Shown here piece after piece: positions 7,661-16,482 of a stretch of 51,766 nucleotides of DNA (position 1 is its first letter; every line of letters starts with the position of its first letter). Location of the stretch: NCBI GenBank assembly GCA_022703745.1, contig JAKLDB010000001.1, positions 1 to 51,766 of the forward strand. The letters run 5' to 3'. The position numbers and the translations under genes are program-made. The stretch is from Patescibacteria group bacterium. Lineage in GTDB: Bacteria; Patescibacteriota; Kazan-3B-28. The notes beneath the pieces are model-generated. The model was given only the letters and a program-made list of their open reading frames with translations. It was not told the origin of the DNA and made no database searches.

Positions 7661-9787
7661 ATGGAAAAAAGCTTTAATTTTGTTGAACTAGAGCCAGAAA
7701 TTTATCGCCTGTGGGAAAAGGTGGGGGCTTTTACGCCCAAAATAGATCCAAAGAAAAAGCCATATGTGATTACAATGCCACCCCCGAATGCATATGACCA
7801 ATTGCATATTGGGCATGCGTTGTTTGTGGCGGTGGAAGACATTATGGTTCGCTACCACAGGCTTAAGGGGGAGCCCACGTTGTGGCTACCGGGAGCAGAT
7901 CATGCGGGGTTGGGGAGCCAAGTCTTTTTCGAAAAGCTATTGCAGAAGGAAAGAGGAATCAGCCGCTTTGAGTTGGGTAGAGAAAAATTTGTGGATGAAT
8001 TGCATAAGCATATGACAGCTACTCGTGAAGTAATGGAGAACCAATTGCGCAAGCTTGGTGCTAGCTGTGATTGGACTCGGAAGAAGTTTACCCTAGACCC
8101 AGATGTAAGTAAGGCGGTGTATTACACCTTCAAGAAAATGTATGACGAGGGATTGATTTACCGAGGGGAACGGATTGTAAATTGGTGTAGTAAGTGTGCG
8201 ACTGGACTCTCGGACTTGGAGGTAGATCACAGAGAGGTAGAAGGAACGCTTACTTATGTGAAGTACCCCTTTGTCGATGGTTCTGGGTTTATGGTAGTTG
8301 CAACAACTCGTCCAGAAACAATGTTTGGAGATACTGCAGTTGCGGTGAACCCAAGCGATAAAAGATATAAGGACCTGATTGGAAAAACTCTTAAGCTTCC
8401 TCTGACTGAAAGGGAGATACCAGTAATTGCGGATGAAGTGGTGGACAAAGATTTTGGTACTGGTGCGGTAAAAGTTACACCGGCACATGATCCAACTGAC
8501 TTTGAAATTGCGGGAAGACACAATCTTCCACAGATTTTGGTTATCGACGAGAGAGGGAAGATGGCGGAGATAGTTGGTTCACCTTACGCAGGGATGAAGG
8601 CAGCGGAAGCCAGGGAAAAAGTGTTGGCTGACTTAGAGAAGCTTGGATTAGTGGAAAAACAGGTGAAGCATATACATAGTGTAGGGCACTGCGAAAAGTG
8701 TGGAACAATGTTGGAGCCGTTTGTTTCAAGACAGTGGTTTGTAAAAATAGAGCCTTTAGCTAAGCCAGCTATTGAGGCGGTGAAGACGGGAAAGATCAAA
8801 TTTATTCCAGAACGTTTTGAAAAAATATATTTCAACTGGATGAATAATATTCGGGATTGGAATATTAGTAGACAAGTTTGGTGGGGACATCGGGTTCCGG
8901 TGTACTATCTAGTTTCGGACAAAGAAAAGTTTGTTGTAGCAGAGAGTGCGGAGGAGGCAAAGATTTCTTTAGGAGGGCCAGTGGAACAAGATCCCGATAC
9001 TCTAGACACATGGTTCTCTTCGGCATTGTGGCCATTTACTACTTTAGGTTGGCCAGAATCCACTCCTGACTTCAAATACTTTTATCCGACAACAGTGATG
9101 GAGACCGCATATGATATTATCTTTTTCTGGGTAGCGCGGATGATAATGATGGGCTTGTACTGTACTGGGAAAGTCCCTTTTAGTATGGTCTTTTTCAATG
9201 GATTAGTGAGAGATAGTCAGGGCCAGAAGATATCCAAGTCGAAGGGGAATATTGTGGACCCGCTGGTAATGGTTGAGAAATATGGGGCAGATGCCCTAAG
9301 GATGGGCCTTATTGTCGGGACAGCTGCAGGAAACGATACCAATGTTTCTGAAGACAAGATACGAGCATACCGAAACTTTGCCAATAAAATCTGGAATGCA
9401 GCACGGTTTGTGACACTTAAACAACCCAAGGGGGTGGCTATAGATAAAGTAGAACTAAATGAAAGAGACAAAGAGGTGCTGAAAGAATTTGGTGGGGTAG
9501 TGGGTACCCTTACCAAGCTGATGGAAGACTATCAGTTTGGTCAGGCAGGTGAACTTATTTATGAATATTTTTGGCACACGTTCTGCGACAAGATAATTGA
9601 GGAGTATAAGAATCAGCTGGATGATAACGCCAGAAGTAAAGCAGCCGGAGCAGTACTTCACCATATTCTAAAAAACTCTCTCATCTTATTACACCCATTC
9701 GTGCCGTTTGCTACAGAGGCGGTATGGCAAGAGCTTTATGACGGAGAGGTAATAACTGCGAATTGGCCAACTAGTCGACCAAATTGA
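7661..9787 (+). CDS. valS: Valine--tRNA ligase, short form without the C-terminal coiled-coil domain
   Basis: 708 aa. HIGH motif (QLHIGHAL), editing-domain blocks TTRPETMFGDTAVAVNP and GTGAVKVTPAHDPTDFEIAG, and KMSKS variant KISKSKGN are present. The protein ends right after LLHPFVPFATEAVWQEL...NWP. Confidence 0.9.
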   Translation: MEKSFNFVELEPEIYRLWEKVGAFTPKIDPKKKPYVITMPPPNAYDQLHIGHALFVAVEDIMVRYHRLKGEPTLWLPGADHAGLGSQVFFEKLLQKERGISRFELGREKFVDELHKHMTATREVMENQLRKLGASCDWTRKKFTLDPDVSKAVYYTFKKMYDEGLIYRGERIVNWCSKCATGLSDLEVDHREVEGTLTYVKYPFVDGSGFMVVATTRPETMFGDTAVAVNPSDKRYKDLIGKTLKLPLTEREIPVIADEVVDKDFGTGAVKVTPAHDPTDFEIAGRHNLPQILVIDERGKMAEIVGSPYAGMKAAEAREKVLADLEKLGLVEKQVKHIHSVGHCEKCGTMLEPFVSRQWFVKIEPLAKPAIEAVKTGKIKFIPERFEKIYFNWMNNIRDWNISRQVWWGHRVPVYYLVSDKEKFVVAESAEEAKISLGGPVEQDPDTLDTWFSSALWPFTTLGWPESTPDFKYFYPTTVMETAYDIIFFWVARMIMMGLYCTGKVPFSMVFFNGLVRDSQGQKISKSKGNIVDPLVMVEKYGADALRMGLIVGTAAGNDTNVSEDKIRAYRNFANKIWNAARFVTLKQPKGVAIDKVELNERDKEVLKEFGGVVGTLTKLMEDYQFGQAGELIYEYFWHTFCDKIIEEYKNQLDDNARSKAAGAVLHHILKNSLILLHPFVPFATEAVWQELYDGEVITANWPTSRPN

Positions 9788-10466
9788 GTAAGAAGTTGGG
9801 AAGAGAGGAAACAATACCACTACCGCCAGAGGCGGTGTATTGGGGTTTGTAGACTTTGACTATTCCTCCAGAAGGGAATTCCATTAGCACCCATTGGGTG
9901 GTTTCGGCAACAATTAATGCACGGTAGTTTTGCTGGTAGTTGGTGTAGGCCATTGAGTCACTGATTGGGGGATAGGCAAGACGATCTTGCATCCACATAG
10001 TCTCTGCTCCAGTTGCTTTGTTGAAGCTGTGGATACTTTCATTGGGGAAGATGACTAGGATATTACTACCTTGGCCATACCAGAATCTGCCTCCATCTTG
10101 GTAGGCGTAGTATAGGTCGCTGTTGATTGGAGGGAGGATACCAACAAGGCTGTCGTCGGGGGTTTCAGCTGGGGAGGTTGTCTGATTTGGTTGGGGACTT
10201 CCCATCATAGTCGAAGACATGATGGCATCTTTTTTGATTTGGTTTGGATCAAGTGGCCAAGTAATATCTAGAAATTTTCCAGTAAAAGTAGAAGATGAGC
10301 TATCTTCTGGCTTCTGTAAGATAGAGAGGATTGTGTTTTGTTCTTCTGCGGTAAGTTGGCGCTCAGACTGGGCGGGAGAGGAGAGTTTGGTTAGTACAGG
10401 AACAGCCTCGGCAACGATAAGGCCGAGAAAAATCATGGTTAGAAATAAGTGACGAAGCTTTGGCAT
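9771..10466 (-). CDS. Hypothetical secreted protein, last gene of the T4SS-like operon
   Basis: 231 aa with N-terminal signal/anchor LFLTMIFLGLIVAEAV. I recognised no family motif. It starts 54 nt downstream of the PilB-like gene and overlaps the valS 3' end convergently by 17 nt. Confidence 0.45.
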   Translation of the reverse strand: MPKLRHLFLTMIFLGLIVAEAVPVLTKLSSPAQSERQLTAEEQNTILSILQKPEDSSSSTFTGKFLDITWPLDPNQIKKDAIMSSTMMGSPQPNQTTSPAETPDDSLVGILPPINSDLYYAYQDGGRFWYGQGSNILVIFPNESIHSFNKATGAETMWMQDRLAYPPISDSMAYTNYQQNYRALIVAETTQWVLMEFPSGGIVKVYKPQYTASGGSGIVSSLPNFLLNLVD

Positions 10467-10520
10467 AAAAGAAAAGCGGTTGAGATTCCGCCCCTTTCAC
10501 CTCTGATTTCAGTATAGCAC

Positions 10521-12173
10521 TTAGTCGGTTTCGTTTCCTCCGACAACCCGAAGTAGCTCATCTAGAGAGGTTGTGCCTTCCAGTACTCGGGCTAATCCAT
10601 CTTGGGCGAGGGTAATCATTCCTTGAGAAATGGCTAATTGGGCAAGTTCGGTTGCACTCCCACCTCCATTAATCTTTTCTTTTATTTCCGGAGTGATCCG
10701 CAACACTTCGAAGATGCCAATGCGGCCATGGTATCCTGTTCCATTGCAAGCGTCGCATCCTTTGGGGCGGTAGATAGTTTTGGGGAGAGCAGAAGGAGAG
10801 ATGGATTTGATTTTTTCTAAATCCACACCTTCTGGTGAGTAGGCTTCTTTGCATTTGGGGCAGAGGCGACGAACTAGTCTCTGGGCGATAACGAGACGAA
10901 GAGCGTCGGAGAATAGCTTGGGTTGGGCACCGAGTTCTACTAGTCGGGGAATAGCGCCTGCAGCGTCATTGGTGTGCAGGGTGGAGAGGACGAGGTGTCC
11001 AGTTAGTGCGGCATCTACCGCAATATTGGCAGTTTCTTTGTCCCGGATTTCTCCGACTAGAATAATGTCTGGGTCTTGGCGGACGATAGAACGAAGGGCG
11101 TTGGCGAAGGTATAGTCTTCTTCTGCGTTGACTTGGGTTTGGGTAATTCCTTGGAGGCGGTATTCTACAGGGTCTTCTACGGTAATAATCTTTGAATCTG
11201 GTTTGTTGATAGTATTCAGGATTGCGTAAAGAGTGGTGGTTTTACCAGAACCGGTAGGGCCGGTGTTTAGGATAAGGCCATTGGGTTCGTGGATTGCAGA
11301 GTCTACCCATTGTTTTACTTCAGGTGAGAAACCGATCTCATCTAAGTTGATAAAGCTTCCTTCTTGGGGGAGCAGACGTAGAACAGCAGATTCTCCATAT
11401 TGTGTGGGGAGGATTGAAACGCGGATGTCGTAGGTTCCTTTGGGAGTGTGGATGGAGAAGCGTCCATCTTGGGCAGTTTCGGTGAGGTTGAGTTTTAGTT
11501 GGGCCAACATCTTAATGCGGTTGGTCAAAGCGTCTAACCGATCCAAGGGAAGGTTGGTAATGTCGTGGAGAACACCGTCTAGTCGGAAGCGTATACGGAC
11601 ACCTTCTTTGGTAGGTTCGATATGAATGTCTGAAGCACTCAGGCCAATAGCGCCAGCAAAAATAGTTTCAGTTAGCTCGCTGGTTGAGGCGGTAGTGAGA
11701 GCTGTTTGAAGTTCTTCTAAGTTGGTCAGTTTAGAGAATTTTTCCTGTAGTTTGGTGTCGATATTTATATCGTCAACTTTAGTTTGGGTAGGGGAAAAGG
11801 TGTCGTAGACTCCCAGTAGATATTTCATTGAGGAGGGGGACACCAGTACTGGCTTGAATTCAAATTCGTCTAGTGCAGAAAGCTTCTTTAGGGCATCTAT
11901 GGTCATGGGATCTTCTGGGTTTGAAAGTGCGAGGGAGATTTTAATCCCATCTTTTTCATAGGCAAAAATGTTGGCGGAATGGGCGAGGTCTTTGGGAACA
12001 ATGCTAACGGCAGATGGATTGGGTTGGAAGCCAACCATGTTTTGGTAAGTGAGGTTTAGTTCAGACGCCTTCTTCTGGGTATATTCCTCTTCCTTCTTTC
12101 GTTGAAGATTGGTTACAAACTGCTCCATTGGAGCGTTGTCTTCACTGTTAGAATGAGGGGTTTGGTCGGTCAT
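10521..12173 (-). CDS. GspE/PilB-family secretion/pilus-assembly ATPase
   Basis: 550 aa. A T2SSE_N-like N1 region (KISLALSNPEDPMTIDALKKL) is present. Walker A is GPTGSGKTTT (about nt 11238-11261). Asp/His boxes (VGEIRD, STLHTND) are present. The tetracysteine motif is CPKC...CDACNGTGYHGR. Confidence 0.85.
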   Translation of the reverse strand: MTDQTPHSNSEDNAPMEQFVTNLQRKKEEEYTQKKASELNLTYQNMVGFQPNPSAVSIVPKDLAHSANIFAYEKDGIKISLALSNPEDPMTIDALKKLSALDEFEFKPVLVSPSSMKYLLGVYDTFSPTQTKVDDINIDTKLQEKFSKLTNLEELQTALTTASTSELTETIFAGAIGLSASDIHIEPTKEGVRIRFRLDGVLHDITNLPLDRLDALTNRIKMLAQLKLNLTETAQDGRFSIHTPKGTYDIRVSILPTQYGESAVLRLLPQEGSFINLDEIGFSPEVKQWVDSAIHEPNGLILNTGPTGSGKTTTLYAILNTINKPDSKIITVEDPVEYRLQGITQTQVNAEEDYTFANALRSIVRQDPDIILVGEIRDKETANIAVDAALTGHLVLSTLHTNDAAGAIPRLVELGAQPKLFSDALRLVIAQRLVRRLCPKCKEAYSPEGVDLEKIKSISPSALPKTIYRPKGCDACNGTGYHGRIGIFEVLRITPEIKEKINGGGSATELAQLAISQGMITLAQDGLARVLEGTTSLDELLRVVGGNETD

Positions 12174-12174
12174 G

Positions 12175-13464
12175 TTATTTAGAGTTTATTTTTACAGTAG
12201 ATGTGTAAGATGTATTGTCCCAGCTGATTGCCTCGACGCTATTGGTTAGGGCGAAGGGGGCATCTGTTTCTACTGTAGCAGAAAAGTAGAGTTCAAATCG
12301 GTTAGTTTTCTGTTTAGGGGTGAGATTGTGGCCTGTTACCCAGGCGTCTGGGAGTGGTTGGGGAGTAGAGCGGTTATCATAGAAGATCTTGCCACTGCCA
12401 GAGACATATTTGAGGTTGGAGGGCAATATGTCTTTTACGGAGAAGGTCTTGGTTTCATTTTCAAGATTGGATGTTTCAATGGAGATATAGAAATCTAGTT
12501 GGGCATTTTTTGGCGCAAATATTCGAGTACCCCATGCTTCATCTTCGTTGGCACGACCGAGTAAGAAGAGGTTGCAAATAGTACAACTAGCTGGAGGCTG
12601 GGTAGCATCCATAGAGTCTTCTAGGGAGCTTTCAGGAGTAGTAGTGCGGATATATACTTTGTCAGATAGACCATCTAACTCATTTGGTTCGTAGATGCTG
12701 GCAATATTCTCCCAATTGCCAACGGCGGTAGCGGTAACCGAGAAGTTGATTTCCACAACAACTGTCTGGGTAGTGGGACTAACCTTTATTACATAGTGGC
12801 CAAGAGAACTTGCGGTTAGTCTAGATTCTTGTGAGTTATTTACTTGAATAGTCCCGGTAAAGTCGTGGAAAGAGTTGGGGATTTTATCCTCAAGGATTAG
12901 GGTATGACTTCCGCCCAAGTTTGTTGCTTCCGCTCTAATACGGAATTGAATAGTACTTTCTACGGGAAGAGTGACGAAGTGGACTGGTTGACCACCGATA
13001 ATGGCTGTCTTGGAGAGACGGGTAATAACAAGTTGGTTTGCGGTGGAACCTGGTGTGGTGGTTTCTGGTACTGGGGCAAGTCCGCCTTCTGTCGGATTGT
13101 TGGGATCTGTTCCACGCTCTTTTTCAATGCCATCTAATACTCCATCTCCATCTGTGTCGGGGTTGGTGGGGTCGATTCCTAGAGCGATTTCTCTATCATT
13201 AGTAAGACCGTCGTTGTCGTGATCAGACGAGCCAGTTGGGCGAATGCTGTTATTCCCACTAACATTTGATTGATAGTTCTTGCTATTGGCTAAGGCGAAG
13301 ATCGGGTCGAGGAGGTCTGTTTTGCGTTCTTCTGCTGTTCGGCTTCCCCAACGTTCTTCGATTCCGGTAGTTTCTCTTGTAAAAGTAACAGTCAGTACTG
13401 CGATTAGTGTTAGGATCCCAACTGTTCCCCAAAAGACAACACCGATTACGCTTACAGGACGCAT
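12175..13464 (-). CDS. Membrane-anchored surface protein with thrombospondin-type-3-like Ca-binding repeats and two DUF11-like beta-sandwich repeats
   Basis: 429 aa. The N-terminal TM helix is VIGVVFWGTVGILTLIAVLTV. Ca-binding-type repeats read DHDNDGLTNDRE...DPTNPDTDGDGVLDGIE...DPNNP. Two modules contain LEDKIPNSF... and VKDILPSNLKYVSGSG, a DUF11-like pattern. Confidence 0.55.
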   Translation of the reverse strand: MRPVSVIGVVFWGTVGILTLIAVLTVTFTRETTGIEERWGSRTAEERKTDLLDPIFALANSKNYQSNVSGNNSIRPTGSSDHDNDGLTNDREIALGIDPTNPDTDGDGVLDGIEKERGTDPNNPTEGGLAPVPETTTPGSTANQLVITRLSKTAIIGGQPVHFVTLPVESTIQFRIRAEATNLGGSHTLILEDKIPNSFHDFTGTIQVNNSQESRLTASSLGHYVIKVSPTTQTVVVEINFSVTATAVGNWENIASIYEPNELDGLSDKVYIRTTTPESSLEDSMDATQPPASCTICNLFLLGRANEDEAWGTRIFAPKNAQLDFYISIETSNLENETKTFSVKDILPSNLKYVSGSGKIFYDNRSTPQPLPDAWVTGHNLTPKQKTNRFELYFSATVETDAPFALTNSVEAISWDNTSYTSTVKINSK

Positions 13465-13466
13465 GA

Positions 13467-15257
13467 TTAACCTCCTGTGAGGTTACGGAGCTCTGCTAAC
13501 TGACTGGGGTCTGAAGTTACAATACGGTCTTCGATGTAGCTGGCGACTACTTTGATGGCAGCATGGTTGGTACCAGCGAAGAAGAGACCTTCTCCGACAT
13601 TTGATTCAAGTAGGAGGAATTTTTCTCCTTGAGTAAGATTGAAGGTTTCTGCAACTATGTCGATAGAGGCAGGGGATTGGCGAAGAAGCAACTGAAGCGA
13701 AGAGTTTGCCACAACTGCTTTGCCATATTTAGAGCCCAAGAAGTCTTCGATGTCCTGGGTGATTGTAGTAAGTCCGAGGTAGTATTTACGGGCACGTTTT
13801 GCGATGGAGTAAAGGAACTTGGCAGAGTCTTCATATTGCATAAGAATCCAGGCCTCGTCTATTACCAGCATTCGCTTCTTCATGTCGAAACGAATTTTAT
13901 TCCAAATGTAGTTTAGGACAACATACATGGCGATTGGTCGGAGAGTGTCTTCTAAGTCACGGATAGAAAAGACCATTAGGCCACGATCTAATTCAAAGTT
14001 GGTTGGTTGGTTGAAAACGCCAGCAAAGGTTCCTGTAGTATATTTTGTTAGACGCAAAGCTAGGCTTTCGGCTCCGGTCATATTGCCCAAAACGTTGTAT
14101 AAGTCTTCCATTGTTGGGGCAGGATTCTGGTGGGTCTTGATATCTCCGGTAATGTCTTTTAGGGCGTAGGTTTCCATTAGAGCTTTTTCCATTAAAGCTT
14201 CTTCTTCTGGGGTGAGCTTGCCGAGCATTAGGTTCATTAAACCCATTAGAGTAATAACAGAAGCGCGGAGAACTTTTTCCCCGTCAGCATTGGTGCCAAG
14301 ATTGGGTAAATCAAATGGGTTGATTCGTTTTTCACTATTCAAACTTACTGAAATATAGCTGCCTCCAACAGCATCTGCCAAAGCCTTATATTCGTTTTCG
14401 GGATCGATAACAATGACATCGGTATCGAACATCATGCTACGGAGAACCTCTAGTTTGATGGCATAGGATTTACCACCACCAGATTTGGCGAAGACTACCA
14501 TGTTGGCGTTTTCTAGTTCGAACCGATCGAAGAGGATGAGGGAATTGTTGTGGCGATTGATACCGTAAAGGACACCTTTCCCGGTGGTGAGATCGACTGA
14601 GGTGAAGGGGAAGGTAGTTCCTACTGAAGAGGTGGTCATGTTGCGGACAACATCTAGTTCGTCTAGGCCAAGAGGAAGACTGGAGTTGAAGCCCTGCTCC
14701 ATTTGTAGCAGTGCTTGTTTGGTGTAAACCAGTTGGCCACCAAGGGTAGTTTCAATGTGGCTGGTTACGCTATCTAACTCTTCTTCGGTGGAAGCGTATA
14801 TGGTGAAGTAGAGGGCATAGTGGAAGAACTTTTCGATACCTCTTTGAAGGCGATCACGCAACTCTTCCGCATCGTTGTAGGCGATTTCCAGTTCGGGGTC
14901 GCGGATGGCTCCCTTTTCCTCGTTGATACGAAGAGACGATTCCATTTCGCTTACTTTCCGACGCAAGACACGCATAATATTTGCGTTGTCTACGGGATAG
15001 ATGTGCATGGAAATATCTATATTGACGTCGTAGTTGATAAGGGGGGCGAGCCAATTGGTTTCGATGTATTGAGGGTAGGTTAGAACAAAGAAACTACGGA
15101 CAAACTTACCGTTTAGAAGTAGGCGATCGTTTTTGATCTCCATCGCGGCAGGGGCGATAAGATCACGGACAGAGATAAGGCCACTTTCAAAATTTTCCAC
15201 AGCTTTCTTAGCGGCTTGCTCTTCGGCAGTTTGAATTTTCTTTTTTCTTCCAAACAT
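13467..15257 (-). CDS. virB4: VirB4/TrbE/TraE-family type IV secretion ATPase (Gram-positive-type length)
   Basis: 596 aa. Walker A is VVFAKSGGGKSY (nt 14466-14495). Walker B is MLVIDEAWILM. GLTTITQDIEDF is also present. The start ATG overlaps the upstream stop as TAATG. Confidence 0.85.
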   Translation of the reverse strand: MFGRKKKIQTAEEQAAKKAVENFESGLISVRDLIAPAAMEIKNDRLLLNGKFVRSFFVLTYPQYIETNWLAPLINYDVNIDISMHIYPVDNANIMRVLRRKVSEMESSLRINEEKGAIRDPELEIAYNDAEELRDRLQRGIEKFFHYALYFTIYASTEEELDSVTSHIETTLGGQLVYTKQALLQMEQGFNSSLPLGLDELDVVRNMTTSSVGTTFPFTSVDLTTGKGVLYGINRHNNSLILFDRFELENANMVVFAKSGGGKSYAIKLEVLRSMMFDTDVIVIDPENEYKALADAVGGSYISVSLNSEKRINPFDLPNLGTNADGEKVLRASVITLMGLMNLMLGKLTPEEEALMEKALMETYALKDITGDIKTHQNPAPTMEDLYNVLGNMTGAESLALRLTKYTTGTFAGVFNQPTNFELDRGLMVFSIRDLEDTLRPIAMYVVLNYIWNKIRFDMKKRMLVIDEAWILMQYEDSAKFLYSIAKRARKYYLGLTTITQDIEDFLGSKYGKAVVANSSLQLLLRQSPASIDIVAETFNLTQGEKFLLLESNVGEGLFFAGTNHAAIKVVASYIEDRIVTSDPSQLAELRNLTGG

Positions 15258-15934
15258 TATTGGGCCTCCGCATCTTTTACATTACGGATAATAGAAGCAT
15301 CGACATTGCTGATGGAAAAGAGCTTTTGCCGACGAGCAGAATCACTGTTGTAGCTGGTATAGAAGAGCTCGATTAATTCTTGGGTATTGAGCTGAACATT
15401 GTTTAGGCCAAGACTAGCTAGGCCGTTTGAGATAAGGCTAGTTTTTTCGGCGATGGCATTTTTTATCTCTTCGAACTGACGACTAGGGGAGCTCTTCTTT
15501 TTTCCAAACAAGTGGAACCCACCGGCAAGTAGGGGTGTTTCATTGTGAGGGACGATTACATAAAAGGTTTTGCTCATAATATTAGCGACTCCAACAAGGT
15601 CGCGAACAAAAGTGGTGTATTCGTTTGTTTGGGTACGAAGCAAGTCGTTTGTCTGCTTGTTGGCTGCTTGTTCGAGACTGGTGAGATAGTCGGTCAGATC
15701 GAGTGTGCGAGATTGCATTACGATTTGGATAGGAAAAGAAAGGCCGTTGAGAAAGTTTTGGTAGCTTTCCAGTAGAGCTTGTTGTTCGTCTGCAGATTTC
15801 AGGCTGAAGTTGATGGCATTGACCATTAAGACGCTGCGGTAGCCACCGTCCTTCAAGACCACTATCCCATCACGAATTTCTTGGACGGGAAGGAACTGTT
15901 GGGTACTTTTGAATTTTGGTTGTTTGCGTGCCAT
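15257..15934 (-). CDS. Hypothetical protein resembling a VirB4 N-terminal domain, with no ATPase motifs
   Basis: 225 aa. FLPVQEIRDGIVVLKDGGYRSVLMVNAINFSLKS...FPIQIVMQSRTLD parallels LIAPAAMEIKNDRLLLNGKFVRSFFVLTYP...NIDISMHIYPVD at the start of the adjacent VirB4. No P-loop is present. Confidence 0.5.
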   Translation of the reverse strand: MARKQPKFKSTQQFLPVQEIRDGIVVLKDGGYRSVLMVNAINFSLKSADEQQALLESYQNFLNGLSFPIQIVMQSRTLDLTDYLTSLEQAANKQTNDLLRTQTNEYTTFVRDLVGVANIMSKTFYVIVPHNETPLLAGGFHLFGKKKSSPSRQFEEIKNAIAEKTSLISNGLASLGLNNVQLNTQELIELFYTSYNSDSARRQKLFSISNVDASIIRNVKDAEAQ

Positions 15935-15940
15935 ATTGGT

Positions 15941-16477
15941 TTAGAGTTGGTCAACATCTTTAAGTACGTCTTCGACATCGGTAGGTTCGACTGTAGTTTT
16001 CGGGGGAGTGATAGTGTTGATTGATGTGGCTGTAAATTCTGTTTGTTCATTGTTCATTGTACCACCCGTATCTAAGATATGGGCGAGCTGTTCGATCTGC
16101 ATTTTGATTTGTTTTCCAGACCGACGATCTGCAAGTTCTGTTTTGGTGTCTTTGATATCCGAAGCGCTAACTTTTATGTTTTTTACTTTAGCTCTGTGTT
16201 CTTTATGCCAAACCAAGTTCTTGGATGAACGGATAAAGTGAAGTAGGTTCATTAGGAATATGCCAAAGGGACGGCCGTTGATCTTTCCAAATGCAAGTAA
16301 GAGGGTTAGCCCACCAGCGATAAGGCTGACAACGATAAATATGAACCAGCTCATAGTGGATTGATAGGTGATAAAGATGATTGAGCCACCAGCAAGCAAA
16401 TAAAGGAACTGCTTTAGGGTAAGTGGACCAATCAGCTTATCTTCACGGGTAACGTCTTGTGGTATTTTTACTGCCAT
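15941..16477 (-). CDS. PrgI/VirB3-like small membrane protein
   Basis: 178 aa. The N-terminus KIPQDVTREDKLIGPLTLKQFLYLL is followed by two TM helices. Its position immediately upstream of VirB4 matches Gram-positive T4SS loci. A hydrophilic C-terminal tail is present. Confidence 0.55.
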   Translation of the reverse strand: MAVKIPQDVTREDKLIGPLTLKQFLYLLAGGSIIFITYQSTMSWFIFIVVSLIAGGLTLLLAFGKINGRPFGIFLMNLLHFIRSSKNLVWHKEHRAKVKNIKVSASDIKDTKTELADRRSGKQIKMQIEQLAHILDTGGTMNNEQTEFTATSINTITPPKTTVEPTDVEDVLKDVDQL

Positions 16478-16482
16478 AAGAA

